Position numbers and translations under genes: made by a program. Positions 28,206-38,305 of a DNA stretch of 64,000 bases are shown piece after piece; position 1 is the stretch's first letter, and every line of letters starts with the position of its first letter. This DNA comes from Bryobacterales bacterium (GTDB lineage Bacteria; Acidobacteriota; Terriglobia; Bryobacterales; Bryobacteraceae). The notes below the pieces were generated by a model that was not told where the DNA came from, searched no databases, and was given only the letters and a program-made list of their open reading frames with translations. The stretch covers positions 8,299 through 72,298 of the forward strand of contig CAVXEM010000004.1 in assembly GCA_963760575.1 (NCBI GenBank). The letters run 5' to 3'.

Positions 28206-28619
28206 TTACGGATGGGATAGCACCACCGAACCCTTCGATGGCAGCGTCAGCGCGGCGGTGAGGCGCTTCACCGGCGCAACCGTAAGCGTCAGTCCGCTCG
28301 TGAGGTTCACGCCCGAGAGCGTCGCCAGGTCCGCGCCTTTATCGAAGACCATGCCGGGCTTCGGAATGGCTTCATACGCCGCGGGTGAAGCCATCACCGC
28401 GGCCGTTTCTCCGGAACTGGCATTGTGGATCATGATGACCCCTCCAGCAATCGAATCGACGGTATAAACCCCGGCGGGGAAGTTCTTGCCCGCCGCCTCA
28501 AAGGCAAAAGGCACCTCAGCCGAGAAACTCTCGGCATGAACGGCGGTTGCCATTGCGCCCATCAAACCCAACGCCAGCGTGAAATGCATCCAGTTGTTCT
28601 TCATGTAATTGGTTTTCAT
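28206..28619 (-). CDS. Exported hypothetical protein (137 aa)
   Basis: The ATG at 28619 has an AAGGAG ~8 nt upstream. Signal peptide ...WMHFTLALGLMGAMATAVHA. Confidence 0.6.
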   Translation of the reverse strand: MKTNYMKNNWMHFTLALGLMGAMATAVHAESFSAEVPFAFEAAGKNFPAGVYTVDSIAGGVIMIHNASSGETAAVMASPAAYEAIPKPGMVFDKGADLATLSGVNLTSGLTLTVAPVKRLTAALTLPSKGSVVLSHP

Positions 28620-28897
28620 TTGTGAAACTCCTTTAGAAATTTGTAAGAAAGAAAATGAGCTTGCACATGCGCGCAGCATGCGCCCGTAAACTTCAGCTAG
28701 GAATGCAAAGGTCGGCAGGGACGGGGAAGATAGTACGACGGGGAGAAAACGTGGACGAAAGCAACCCGCTTCCGTGATTACAATCCCACTATAAATGAAA
28801 AGGGCTGGCGCCGCAAATCAATTATTGTGATCGCACGGATACGGAATAATTTTAGGGTGTTTCTCTTAACACTCTGTAACAAAACGGGAGAGAAAGT

Positions 28898-28973
28898 TGG
28901 TGGACGGCGGGGGGCTCGAACCCCCGACCCCCGCATTGCGAACGCGGTGCTCTCCCAGCTGAGCTAGCCGCCC
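28898..28973 (-). tRNA. tRNA-Ala (anticodon CGC), CCA encoded
   Basis: The reverse complement folds by hand: acceptor GGGCGGC/GCCGTCC with the G3:U70 alanine identity pair; D arm GCTC-AGCTGGGA-GAGC; anticodon arm CCGCG-TTCGCAA-TGCGG; T arm GGGGG-TTCGAGC-CCCCC; then A-CCA. Length 76 nt. Confidence 0.9.
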
Positions 28974-29073
28974 ACACGAGCAATCACATTCAATATACCA
29001 TGTGAGCAGTGCACACCTCTGTCATCAATTATTCACTTGCGGCGCAGGACGAATCGAAGGACACTGAAGGCTC

Positions 29074-31011
29074 ATGGCAAGTGTAAGAGCCAACGAGACC
29101 GCACCGGTGCGCGAACCGGCTGACCGCTGGTCGATCGCCGAAGCGGGCGAGCTGTATGATGTCGCCAGTTGGGGCAAGGGCTATTTCTCGGTCGAACCCA
29201 ACGGCCACGTGTGGGTGCGCCCCGACAAAGACCCCGCGCGCGGCATCGATCTCAAAGAGCTGGTCGACAACCTGCAACTGCGCGGCATCTCACTGCCCAT
29301 CCTCATCCGCTTCGGCGAAATTCTGAAGCATCGCTTGGGCGAGGTGCACCAGGCCTTCCAGAACGCCATCGCCGAACACAACTACAAGTCGACCTACTGC
29401 TGCGTGTATCCGATCAAGGTGAATCAGCAGCGTCAGGTGGTGGAGGAAGTCTTCGAATACGGCCGCAAATACAAGTTCGGCCTCGAAGCGGGATCGAAGC
29501 CCGAGCTGCTGGCGGTGCTGGCCATCGCCGATAACGAAACCCCCATCATCTGTAACGGCTTCAAGGACGACGAATATATCGAGATGGTCATGCTGGCCAA
29601 GAAGATCGGCCGGCAAATCATCCCCGTGGTGGAGAAGTACACCGAGCTCGACCTGATCCTGAAACACTCCGCGCGCGTCGGCGTGCGGCCCGTCATCGGC
29701 CTGCGCATTAAGCTCGCGAGCCGCGGCTCGGGCCGCTGGAAGTCGTCGGGCGGCTACCGCTCGAAGTTCGGACTTACCGTAACCGAAGCCCTGCGGGCGC
29801 TTGAGCAGTTGAAAGCCCTGGGAATGGAAGACTGCCTCCAGCTTTTGCACTTCCACTTAGGCAGCCAGATCACCAACATCCGCCAGATCAAGGCCGCGGT
29901 AATCGAAGCCGCGCGCGCCTATGTCGAAATGCGCCGGTCAGGTGCGGGCTTGAACTATCTGGACGTCGGCGGCGGCCTGGGCATCGATTACGACGGTTCG
30001 CAGACCGATTTCGAATCGAGCGTCAACTACACGCTGCAGGAATACGCCAACGACATCGTGTATCACATCCAAAGCGTGTGCGACGAAGCCGAGGTGCCGC
30101 ACCCGACCATTGTCTCGGAAAGCGGACGCGCGGTGGTGGCCTATCACAGCGTGCTGGTGTTCAACGTCCTGGGCGTGACCGGATTCGGCGAAGAAGAAAC
30201 GCTGCCCGAATTCTCGGACGACGTCGAGCAGCCGCTGCTCGATCTCAAAGACACTCTGCGCGGCTTGAGTTCCAAGAACCTGCTCGAAAGTTTTCACGAC
30301 GCGCAGCAGGCGCTCGACTCCGCGCTCAACCTGTTCAGCCTCGGCTACCTTCCGCTCCAGCAGCGCAGCTGGGCGGAGAGCACCTACTGGGTGATCTGCC
30401 GCCGCATTCAAAAGCTCGCCAAGGATCTGGACGATTTCCCGGAAGAGCTGGAGGGATTGGATTCCCTGCTCTCCGACACCTATTTCTGCAACTTCTCCTT
30501 GTTCCAAAGCATGCCCGACAGTTGGGCCGTGAAGCAGTTGTTCCCCATCATGCCGATCCACCGCCTGAACGAAGAGCCCTCGCATCACGGCATTCTGGGC
30601 GACATCTCCTGCGACTCCGACGGTAAAGTGGACCAGTTCATAGACCGCCGCGACGTCAAGAAGACCCTGCCGTTGCACACCTTCAACGGCGAGCCCTACA
30701 TACTCGCAACGTTTTTGGTCGGCGCGTATCAGGAGATCCTCGGCGACCTGCACAACCTGTTCGGAGATACCAACGCCGTACACGTGCAGTTAGACGAGAA
30801 GGGCGCGGTAGTGATCGATGCCCTGATCCGCGGCGATACCGTACGCGAAGTCCTGGATTACGTGCAGTTCAAATCCACCACGCTAGCCGAACAATTCCGC
30901 CGCGACGTCGAAACTGCCGTGCGTGAAGGCCGCATAGGCTACGAAGAATCCGGCGTGCTGCTGCGCTTCTACGAAGACGGCTTGAACGGGTACACCTACC
31001 TAGAGCAATAG
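29074..31011 (+). CDS. speA: Biosynthetic arginine decarboxylase
   Basis: 645 aa containing ...YCCVYPIKVNQQRQVVEEV...GLEAGSKPEL...HFHLGSQI...YLDVGGGLGIDYDG...ESGRAVVAYHSVLV...GDISCDSDGK...GAYQEILGDLHNLFGDTNAV.... Confidence 0.92.
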   Translation: MASVRANETAPVREPADRWSIAEAGELYDVASWGKGYFSVEPNGHVWVRPDKDPARGIDLKELVDNLQLRGISLPILIRFGEILKHRLGEVHQAFQNAIAEHNYKSTYCCVYPIKVNQQRQVVEEVFEYGRKYKFGLEAGSKPELLAVLAIADNETPIICNGFKDDEYIEMVMLAKKIGRQIIPVVEKYTELDLILKHSARVGVRPVIGLRIKLASRGSGRWKSSGGYRSKFGLTVTEALRALEQLKALGMEDCLQLLHFHLGSQITNIRQIKAAVIEAARAYVEMRRSGAGLNYLDVGGGLGIDYDGSQTDFESSVNYTLQEYANDIVYHIQSVCDEAEVPHPTIVSESGRAVVAYHSVLVFNVLGVTGFGEEETLPEFSDDVEQPLLDLKDTLRGLSSKNLLESFHDAQQALDSALNLFSLGYLPLQQRSWAESTYWVICRRIQKLAKDLDDFPEELEGLDSLLSDTYFCNFSLFQSMPDSWAVKQLFPIMPIHRLNEEPSHHGILGDISCDSDGKVDQFIDRRDVKKTLPLHTFNGEPYILATFLVGAYQEILGDLHNLFGDTNAVHVQLDEKGAVVIDALIRGDTVREVLDYVQFKSTTLAEQFRRDVETAVREGRIGYEESGVLLRFYEDGLNGYTYLEQ

Positions 31012-31368
31012 CTTCTCGCGGCGCAAGTCATCTAGAAGATCGGCGCCCGCGTTGCGCGGATACCCGAAATCCCAAAAAGCATTGTCCGGGCCGCTCTCCC
31101 AAACGCGCTTGTCTGTCGCAATGAGGTGTCCCCGCAGGCGCTCGTCAAGTGCGTGCACCTCCGCGTCATCCGCGTTCGCCAGCGCAATGATACCGCGCAC
31201 GTCCAAGTCATTGCGGTAGTCTTCGATGCCGAGCGAATAGCCGCGCTCCACCTGCTCGATGAATTCGCGCCAGCGCCTCAGAAGTCCGGCGCGCCCTTCG
31301 CGCACCACATGCTGCGGATACCCGTTCTCGCTGAGATAATGCCGCACTTGTGCGTCCGTCATACTCAA
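31000..31368 (-). CDS. Small acidic cytoplasmic protein (candidate immunity partner)
   Basis: 122 aa with roughly 23 D/E versus 17 K/R and no signal peptide. Its ATG overlaps the upstream gene's stop (ATGA at 31365-31368). Its 3' end overlaps the speA stop by 12 nt. Confidence 0.5.
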   Translation of the reverse strand: MSMTDAQVRHYLSENGYPQHVVREGRAGLLRRWREFIEQVERGYSLGIEDYRNDLDVRGIIALANADDAEVHALDERLRGHLIATDKRVWESGPDNAFWDFGYPRNAGADLLDDLRREKLLL

Positions 31369-31721
31369 TTCGCCCCACGTTTCGATGCCTGTCGGTGGAA
31401 ATAACGCTCGCCCGTGTTCGGGATGAAGAAGGTGCGGATCGTTCTGTCGCGGTTGTAAGCGCCGAAAGCCCCGCTCCTGCGATCGAATCGAGAGACGATG
31501 CCATCCCGCGTGCGAGCTTCGAGGATGGGCCCGCCGGCAGGCGCGTCGCGCAGCGCCTGTGCGCGCGCTAAATATTCCTGCGAAGAAATGTTGCCGAATT
31601 CGGGACCGTGCTTAGCGTAATGCTCCTCGAACAGCCGCCGCGAGCGGAACCCCGGACCCGCCGCCACCAATAGCAGCGCGCCCACCAACAGGGCCACCGA
31701 AATACGCAGTGCTTTAGCCAT
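31365..31721 (-). CDS. Small basic exported protein (candidate RNase-like toxin)
   Basis: Start is MAKALRISVALLVGALLLVAAGPGF at 31721, a signal or anchor sequence. The ~90-aa Arg-rich domain follows: ...LFEEHYAKHGPEFGNISSQEYLARAQAL...TIRTFFIPNTGERYFHRQ. An alternative ATG at 31742 would overlap the ptrB start. Confidence 0.45.
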   Translation of the reverse strand: MAKALRISVALLVGALLLVAAGPGFRSRRLFEEHYAKHGPEFGNISSQEYLARAQALRDAPAGGPILEARTRDGIVSRFDRRSGAFGAYNRDRTIRTFFIPNTGERYFHRQASKRGAN

Positions 31722-31740
31722 CGCTAGAATATAGTTTCCC

Positions 31741-33742
31741 ATGCCTCCGCTCGCGAAAATCGTTCCGCACTCGATGACCGTCCACGGCGACACCCGCATC
31801 GACAATTACTTCTGGCTGCGCGATCGCAAAGATCCCGACACGATCGCCTACCTCGAAGCCGAGAACGCTTACACCAAACAGAAACTCCAACACACCGAAG
31901 CCTTGCAAGCCGCGCTCTATGCCGAAATGCTCGCTCGCATCCAGCAAACCGACTTAAGCGTCCCCGTGAAGCGCGACGAATACTTCTACTACACGCGCAC
32001 CGAAGAAAGAAAGCAATACGCCATCCATTGCCGCAAAAAAGGAGCGGGGCCCGAAGAAATCCTGCTCGATTGCAACCAACTCGCCGAAGGCCACAAATAC
32101 TTCCGCCTCGGCGCCTTCATCGCCAGCCCTAACCATCGTCTACTGGCCTATTCGGTGGATTTCGAGGGCGATGAAAAGTACACCGTTCGCGTGAAGAATC
32201 TCGACACTGGAGAGTTGCTGGCGGACGAAATTCCGAACACCTCCTCCACGCTAGAGTGGGCCGCCGACAACGCGACCTTCTTCTACACCATCCTTGACGA
32301 GGCACTGCGCCCTTACAAAGTCTTCCGCCACGCATTGGGCATAAAAGAAGACTCGCTGATCTATCACGAGCCCGACGAACGCTTCACTGTCGGCCTATCC
32401 AGCACCAGGAGCCGCGCCTACATCTTCATCAACATCAACAGTTCTCTGACGTCCGAAATCCGCTACCTGCACAAAGATCAACCGGCCGGCGAATTCCGCA
32501 TACTTCTCCCGCGCGTCTACGAAACCGAGTACGACGCCACCCACCGCGGCAACTCGTTCTTCATCCGCACCAACGACGGCGCCAAAGGTTTCCGCGTGGT
32601 CGAGGCGCCCATAGCCGATCCCGCGAAAGCCAACTGGAAGGAATTCATCCCCGGCCGCGAAGGCATCACCATCGAGCGCGTCAGCGCGTTTGCGGATTAC
32701 CTAGTGACCGAAGAGCGCCACCGCGGCCTGACGCAGATTTATCATTCGCGATGCCCACACCGGCGCGCAACACTCCATCGAATTCCCCGAGCCGGTGTAC
32801 ACAGCCGAGCTCGGAACCAATGCCGAGTTCAACACCAAGCTCCTGCGCTTCCATTACACCTCGTTAGTCACTCCTGCGTCGGTCTACGACTACAACATGG
32901 AAACGCGCGAACGCGAGCTGAAGAAGCAACAGCAGGTGCTAGGAGGCTACGACCCACAGCAGTATCGGTCCGAGCGAATTCACGCCGGCGAGGTGCCGAT
33001 TTCGCTGGTCTATAAGAAAGGCTTCGTGCGCGACGGCCGCGCCCCGATGCTGCTCTACGGCTACGGCTCCTACGGCATCAGCATCGACCCGTCCTTTAGC
33101 TCGGACCGCCTCAGTCTGCTCGACCGCGGCTTCGTCTACGCCATCGCGCACATCCGCGGCGGCATGGACCTCGGCAAACCGTGGCATGAAGCCGGTCGCC
33201 TGCTCCAAAAGAAAAATACCTTCAACGATTTCATCGCCTGCGCCGAAAAACTGATCGCGGAAAAGTACACATCGCCCGCAAGACTCGCCATCATGGGCCG
33301 CAGCGCCGGTGGACTCCTTATGGGCGCGGTGTCGAACCTGCGCCCGGATCTGTTCTCCGCCATAGTCGCCGGCGTCCCCTTCGTCGATTCCCTGAACACC
33401 GCGCTCGACGCGTCGCTGCCCCTCACCGTCGGCGAATACGAAGAATTTGGCGACCCCAGCAAGCGCGAGTTCTACAACTACATGAAGTCCTACGCGCCCT
33501 ACGAAAACGTAACGGCGCAAGCTTACCCCGCGATGCTGGTCACCGCCGGCTTGAACGACCCCCGCGTCTCCTATTGGGAACCCGCCAAATGGGTGGCGAA
33601 GCTCAGAGCCCTGAAGACAAACGATCGCCCGCTGCTGCTCAAGACGAACATGGGCAGCGGCCACTTCGGTGCCTCCGGCCGCTATGAATACCTCAAGGAA
33701 ACCGCCATCGAGTACGCCTTCCTGCTGGACGTTTTATGCTGA
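31741..33742 (+). pseudogene. ptrB: Oligopeptidase B (S9A prolyl oligopeptidase family), split by a +1 frameshift at ~32738-32740
   Basis: N-terminal part: ...HGDTRIDNYFWLRDR.DPD.IAYLEAENAYT.... After ...GLTQI the homology continues in the next frame (IIRDAHTGAQHSIEFPEPVYTAELG...). The catalytic region reads GRSAGGLLMG...DPRV.YWEPAKW.AKLR...GHFG. The two track ORFs are 31741-33015 and 32795-33742. Confidence 0.85.
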
Positions 33743-33748
33743 ACGTAT

Positions 33749-34045
33749 ATGACTCCGCAGCCGCCCCCGCAAACCAAGATCCAGCTCACCAACACCTCCG
33801 ATTACCGTGAGCACTACGCCAACAGCGTGCAAGTGCGCGTGAGTCTGTGGGATTTCTTCCTGCTCTTCGGCACCATGAACCAGTCGGCGCCCGACGCCGT
33901 GACCATCCACAACTTCGAAGGAATCTACTTGAGCCCGCAGCAAGCCAAGGCCCTCGCCAATGTGCTCAACCAGAATGTCTCGCAGTACGAATCGACCTTC
34001 GGTGAGATCAAGCTGGAACCCAAACAGCCGGGCTCCATTCAATAG
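33749..34045 (+). CDS. DUF3467-like small protein (from memory)
   Basis: 98 aa containing ...HYANSVQVRVSLWDFFLLFG...IYLSPQQAKALANVL.... Confidence 0.55.
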   Translation: MTPQPPPQTKIQLTNTSDYREHYANSVQVRVSLWDFFLLFGTMNQSAPDAVTIHNFEGIYLSPQQAKALANVLNQNVSQYESTFGEIKLEPKQPGSIQ

Positions 34046-34048
34046 CGG

Positions 34049-35920
34049 CTACTGATCCAACGCCTGGCGCACCGTTCCCATCAGCGCCCCCAGCGTGAAA
34101 GGCTTCTGCAGGAACCGCGCGCCCTGCGGGAAAGCCCCGCCACGTACCGCGTCGTCGTCGGTAAAGCCCGAAATGTACACAACCTTCAACTCCGGCCGGG
34201 TTTCGAGCAACTGCGTCGCGAGCTGACGGCCGTTGCGATCGGGCAACATCACGTCCGTAAGCAGAAGCTGGATCGGACCCCCGTGCGCCGCCGCTGCAGC
34301 TACCGCTTCCGCAACGCTTCCCGCTTCGAGTACACGATAGCGCTCGCGCCGCAGGATCTTGACGATCAGCGCACGGATGCCTGCTTCGTCATCCACCACC
34401 AATATGGTTTCGCGCAGCGCTTCTGCTGGGGTGGCTGCGGCAGTAGGCGCTTTGGGTTGCGCCGTCTCCGCCTCCGCCAGCGGCAAGTACATCGTGAAGG
34501 TCGAACCCTGCGCGGCCTCGCTTTCGAAGCCTAGCTCTCCGCCCCACTCCCTGACCAATGCATACGCGCGAGCCAGCGCCGCACCCACCGGTTTGTCTGT
34601 CTCTTTGTGTAGAAACGATTCGAAGATCGCCTTGCGCTTCTCCGGATCCATCCCGCGCCCCGGGATCGCCAGAATCAGGCGCGCATAGTTGCCGGGCGCG
34701 AGCGTTGCGCCTACCAGTAGTTCCGTGATCGCAGCCGTATCGCAAGTGATGGTGACCCGCGCACGCTGCTCCTTCACGGCTGAAACCAATGCCGCTAGAA
34801 TCTCTTCAATCTGCTTCCGGTTCGCCTTCGCCCACACGGGTTTCGCAGCCCGTATTTCGACCGAAGCTTCCGCGAGACCCGCCAGCACCGCCGCAAGATC
34901 CACCCGTTCCGCCGCACTCGCTTGCTTGCGAGTGAACTCGAGCAATTGAGCCGTCAAGTTGCTGATGCGCTCCGTCGCCGCCAGAATTTCCTCCAGCTCG
35001 CCGCGCCGCGGATCGTTCGGCGCCAGCGGCCGCAGGATCTCTTCCGCGTAGCCCGCGATGATCATCAGCGGATTGTTCAAGTCATGCGCCAAGCGTGCGG
35101 AGAGCCCATGCAGAGCCGAATTCCGCTCGGCCGTAATCTGCATTTGTTCGATCTGCCGGCGTTGCCCGATTAGGGTAAGGATACCCGTGAGCACCCCGGG
35201 TCCGGCCGGGCGCACAGTCTCCCGGCACCATGCCGGCTGACCCGCAGCTGTCACCATGCGAAACTCCGCACTCACTTCGCGCGATTGCTGAACCGCGGTC
35301 CGGTACAGCGCCAACACCGCCTCACGATCCTCCTGGTGAATCCGCTGCGCAAAGAAATTGGGGGATTTTAGCCAATGCGCCGCCGGATAACCCAGCATCT
35401 GTTCCGCCCCCCCGTTGACGGCCGAGAACTGCGGCCCCGCGGCGTCCGCGCGCCAAACCACGGCCGGCACGTTCTCGAAAGGCGAAGCCGTTGGCGCTGC
35501 CGCGAGAGCGCCCGATGGCAAGCCCGTGATGTCGTCCACCACCAGCAGCGTTTCCATTGCCATCTCTTCGTCCCCGTTGCGAAGAGGAAGAATGGCGATC
35601 CGCCAGAGTTTTCCACCGTGCTCAAGCTGCAACGCCGGCTGCGGAATTCCGTTGACCATCGTGTTCCGGATGTTTTCGATCAACCGATCCGATGGCAGAA
35701 TCTGCTCGATGTTCTTGCCCTGCAGATCGTCGTTGCGAACCCCAAACGCTTGCCGGAACGCACGATTGCTGGAAACGATCGAGCGGTTCGCGGAAAGCAC
35801 CACCAGTCCCACCGGCAACGCGGAAACCAAGTCCTGGTAATAGCGCCGCTGGTTTTCCACCAGCGCCAATAGCTTGGCGACCTCTTTACCCTTCCATGGC
35901 TCGAAGCCGGTGCGATCCAT
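34049..35920 (-). CDS. Cytoplasmic hybrid sensor histidine kinase / response regulator (2 PAS, HisKA, HATPase, REC)
   Basis: H-box ...LSARLAHDLNNPLMII.... The ATPase part reads ...GRGMDPEKRKAIFESF...GAALARAY...GGELGFESEAAQGSTFT. The receiver reads ILVVDDEAGIR...LLLTDVMLPDRNG...VVYISGF. No TM segments were seen. Confidence 0.85.
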   Translation of the reverse strand: MDRTGFEPWKGKEVAKLLALVENQRRYYQDLVSALPVGLVVLSANRSIVSSNRAFRQAFGVRNDDLQGKNIEQILPSDRLIENIRNTMVNGIPQPALQLEHGGKLWRIAILPLRNGDEEMAMETLLVVDDITGLPSGALAAAPTASPFENVPAVVWRADAAGPQFSAVNGGAEQMLGYPAAHWLKSPNFFAQRIHQEDREAVLALYRTAVQQSREVSAEFRMVTAAGQPAWCRETVRPAGPGVLTGILTLIGQRRQIEQMQITAERNSALHGLSARLAHDLNNPLMIIAGYAEEILRPLAPNDPRRGELEEILAATERISNLTAQLLEFTRKQASAAERVDLAAVLAGLAEASVEIRAAKPVWAKANRKQIEEILAALVSAVKEQRARVTITCDTAAITELLVGATLAPGNYARLILAIPGRGMDPEKRKAIFESFLHKETDKPVGAALARAYALVREWGGELGFESEAAQGSTFTMYLPLAEAETAQPKAPTAAATPAEALRETILVVDDEAGIRALIVKILRRERYRVLEAGSVAEAVAAAAAHGGPIQLLLTDVMLPDRNGRQLATQLLETRPELKVVYISGFTDDDAVRGGAFPQGARFLQKPFTLGALMGTVRQALDQ

Positions 35921-36032
35921 TTGAAAAGACAGGATTCCTTAGCTACTAGTGTGTTCTGGGGGACCGCAGACGAACAAGGTACTTTGGGTGGCCGCGTAAT
36001 GGTACCCGGGGGAGTACTTATTGCGAAGCGCT

Positions 36033-36827
36033 CTAAGGTTGTTGAGGGGTCTCCGCGACAGACCCGCCCAGCCCGGCGTACGTTTCTTTCACTTTCACGA
36101 CTTTGTCGCCGGTGAACGTCACGAACGTGACGCGCCCGGGAGGCTCGCCGTAGATCCAATCTTCGTAGTCGGTTCCCTCTTTCGATTCGCGGGTCTTGCG
36201 CACCGGCCGCCCCACCGCCAGAAGGACCTGATCGCGGTTCATTCCCTCGATCGCCTTCTTGGCCTTCACAGCTTCCTTGATGGGCTCGGGTAGGGTATCG
36301 ACATAGTTTTCGGTAACGCTGGATTTTTCGAAATCGAGAACCGGCTGCAGCATTTTCTTGATGTCGGCTGAGGTGGTCTCGCCAATCGGACCGCCAAAGG
36401 TCAGTGCAACCGTGGTGCCGCCCGGAGCGTTGGTGGCGGGTCCGGTGATGGGGCTGGTGGTGTCACCCATGCCAATCTGTACATGGTCAAGGAATCTCTT
36501 GCCGCTCTTCATCCCGCCGTTGAGTTCCAGCACAATGCGGTCTTTGTCGATTTCAACGCGGGTGACCTTAATCAAGTCGCCTACCCGGCCTGCCGGACCG
36601 AACTCTTTGAAGGCGGCGTTCCAAACGTCATGGTCCCAGGTGCCGTCGCTTGAAAATTCCAAGGCCTTCTTCGAACGCGGCAGCAGAACTTTGATCTTGG
36701 CGTATTCGGAGCTAAGGCCGCGCAGAATCTCGATGCGCTGGTCCTCGGTGAGCTTTTTCGCATCGGCTTGCAGACGGGCCGAGGCCACCGCAAAGATCAC
36801 AACCAGCGCGAGCCGTCGCATAGTCAT
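36033..36827 (-). CDS. Exported hypothetical protein
   Basis: Start is MTMRRLALVVIFAVASARLQA at 36827, with an ATGA overlap with the CPBP gene stop. No known motifs. Confidence 0.6.
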   Translation of the reverse strand: MTMRRLALVVIFAVASARLQADAKKLTEDQRIEILRGLSSEYAKIKVLLPRSKKALEFSSDGTWDHDVWNAAFKEFGPAGRVGDLIKVTRVEIDKDRIVLELNGGMKSGKRFLDHVQIGMGDTTSPITGPATNAPGGTTVALTFGGPIGETTSADIKKMLQPVLDFEKSSVTENYVDTLPEPIKEAVKAKKAIEGMNRDQVLLAVGRPVRKTRESKEGTDYEDWIYGEPPGRVTFVTFTGDKVVKVKETYAGLGGSVAETPQQP

Positions 36828-37639
36828 CCTCGCTCCGGGATCAGACGGTACAGCACGACGAATAGCCCGGCCACCACGCCCGTCGTGAACAAGCCGCCTT
36901 CCAGGCCGTACAATCCACCGCTCCAAAGAACTCCGGTTCTCCAGTGCAGTTCATACCCGGTCACACTTATTGTAAACCCGCTGAGATTCTCTCCCAGGAA
37001 CGGCATGGCCACGTTCCAGCCGTAGTGCATTCCAATCGGCAGCCACAAAGTGCGCGTGCGCAAGTAAGCGCAGCCCAGCAGCACGCCCCAAGCCATGGTG
37101 TTGACGACAGCCAAGAAGGTGACGTTTTGATTTCCCATGTGCATCAGTCCGAACAGAATGCCCACAGGCAGTACCGTGGCGAACTCCCCCATATGACGCA
37201 CCAGGTGTTGAAACGCGTAGCCGTGGAATATCAGCTCTTCGCCCACGGAACCGAATAACAGCACGATCGCCAGCAGGGGAATGCCCATCCACGCGCGCGG
37301 CGCCGCGGGAACGGCGTCGAAGCGAGCCATGCCCGCGAGCAGCGCGACGATCATGATCAGCACCGCGCCCCCCGTTCCGCAAGCAATGCCGGTCACAAAC
37401 TCGCGAGCGGACGCAGGTTCCCAGGCGAGTCCGAAATCCGCAAGCTGCCCCCGCTCCCATCCCCGAGCAACCACCGCATTTGCCAATGCACCAGTCGCGA
37501 AGGCGGAAAGCGCGGAGACGACCAGCAATCCGCCGAAAGGCTGCATCAGCCCGGGAAAAATGAGTTGCCCTAGAACCGCCAGCAGAACAAAAACGCCGAC
37601 GCGCACCAGCAGGCGCAGCCGGTCCGCCGGAAAGCTCAT
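36824..37639 (-). CDS. CPBP-family intramembrane glutamic endopeptidase (CAAX protease / Abi-like)
   Basis: Polytopic, with the CPBP motifs ...GSVGEELIFHGY... and ...FGLMHMGN... and ...HYGWN. Confidence 0.8.
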   Translation of the reverse strand: MSFPADRLRLLVRVGVFVLLAVLGQLIFPGLMQPFGGLLVVSALSAFATGALANAVVARGWERGQLADFGLAWEPASAREFVTGIACGTGGAVLIMIVALLAGMARFDAVPAAPRAWMGIPLLAIVLLFGSVGEELIFHGYAFQHLVRHMGEFATVLPVGILFGLMHMGNQNVTFLAVVNTMAWGVLLGCAYLRTRTLWLPIGMHYGWNVAMPFLGENLSGFTISVTGYELHWRTGVLWSGGLYGLEGGLFTTGVVAGLFVVLYRLIPERG

Positions 37640-38208
37640 CGAGGATGCACCTGCCGCCGCAGCAGGATGACCATCAGCGCGGAGAGAGCCACCGACAGTT
37701 CCACGCCCCGCAGCGGGACGTCAGGCAGCCGCTGGGCCTGGAACAAGAACAGCAGCAGCAGTCCTAGAAAGATGGCCCGCATGCCGTAGCGTGCCGCGCC
37801 CGCCGAAAACCGCAGCGTCATCCAGCCCGCGAGTAGAGCCAGCGCAATCGAGCCAAACAGCCCCAGCAACTCCGCTTCGCCCAGCACGTCGAGTTCAGGC
37901 AGGAGCAACCGCCCTCCGCTAACGCTCACCGTAACCACGCCGGCCATGAGGATAGTCAGCGCCAGTCCCTCGCCATATCCGACCGCTTTGGCAGTCCGCC
38001 AAAACGCCTCCCACATGGTCTGCGGGCGCCCTTTCGAGAACGCCACAGCCGCCGCCGGAGCCGCGAATAATACACCTAGACAGGCATATGCCGAGATCAT
38101 CACCGGGTCCAGGAAACCGATCCCCTTGCGCAGCGGGAGCAGGACCCCGAAAATAGCAATTAGAGCGAGATGGAGGAGGGCGACTCGCAGAAACGGCTCC
38201 GTCAACAC
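37636..38208 (-). CDS. Polytopic membrane protein, unknown function
   Basis: 190 aa with ~6 hydrophobic helices. Its stop overlaps the CPBP start (ATGA). Confidence 0.55.
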   Translation of the reverse strand: MLTEPFLRVALLHLALIAIFGVLLPLRKGIGFLDPVMISAYACLGVLFAAPAAAVAFSKGRPQTMWEAFWRTAKAVGYGEGLALTILMAGVVTVSVSGGRLLLPELDVLGEAELLGLFGSIALALLAGWMTLRFSAGAARYGMRAIFLGLLLLFLFQAQRLPDVPLRGVELSVALSALMVILLRRQVHPR

Positions 38209-38305
38209 ATGGTACCAGCCACTCCTAAATGGCGGCTAGGGTATAAATTGCCTAGGGTCCCGCAGCTAAACAATTGCGGAGGAGTGCGACGATAAACAAG
38301 TAGAC

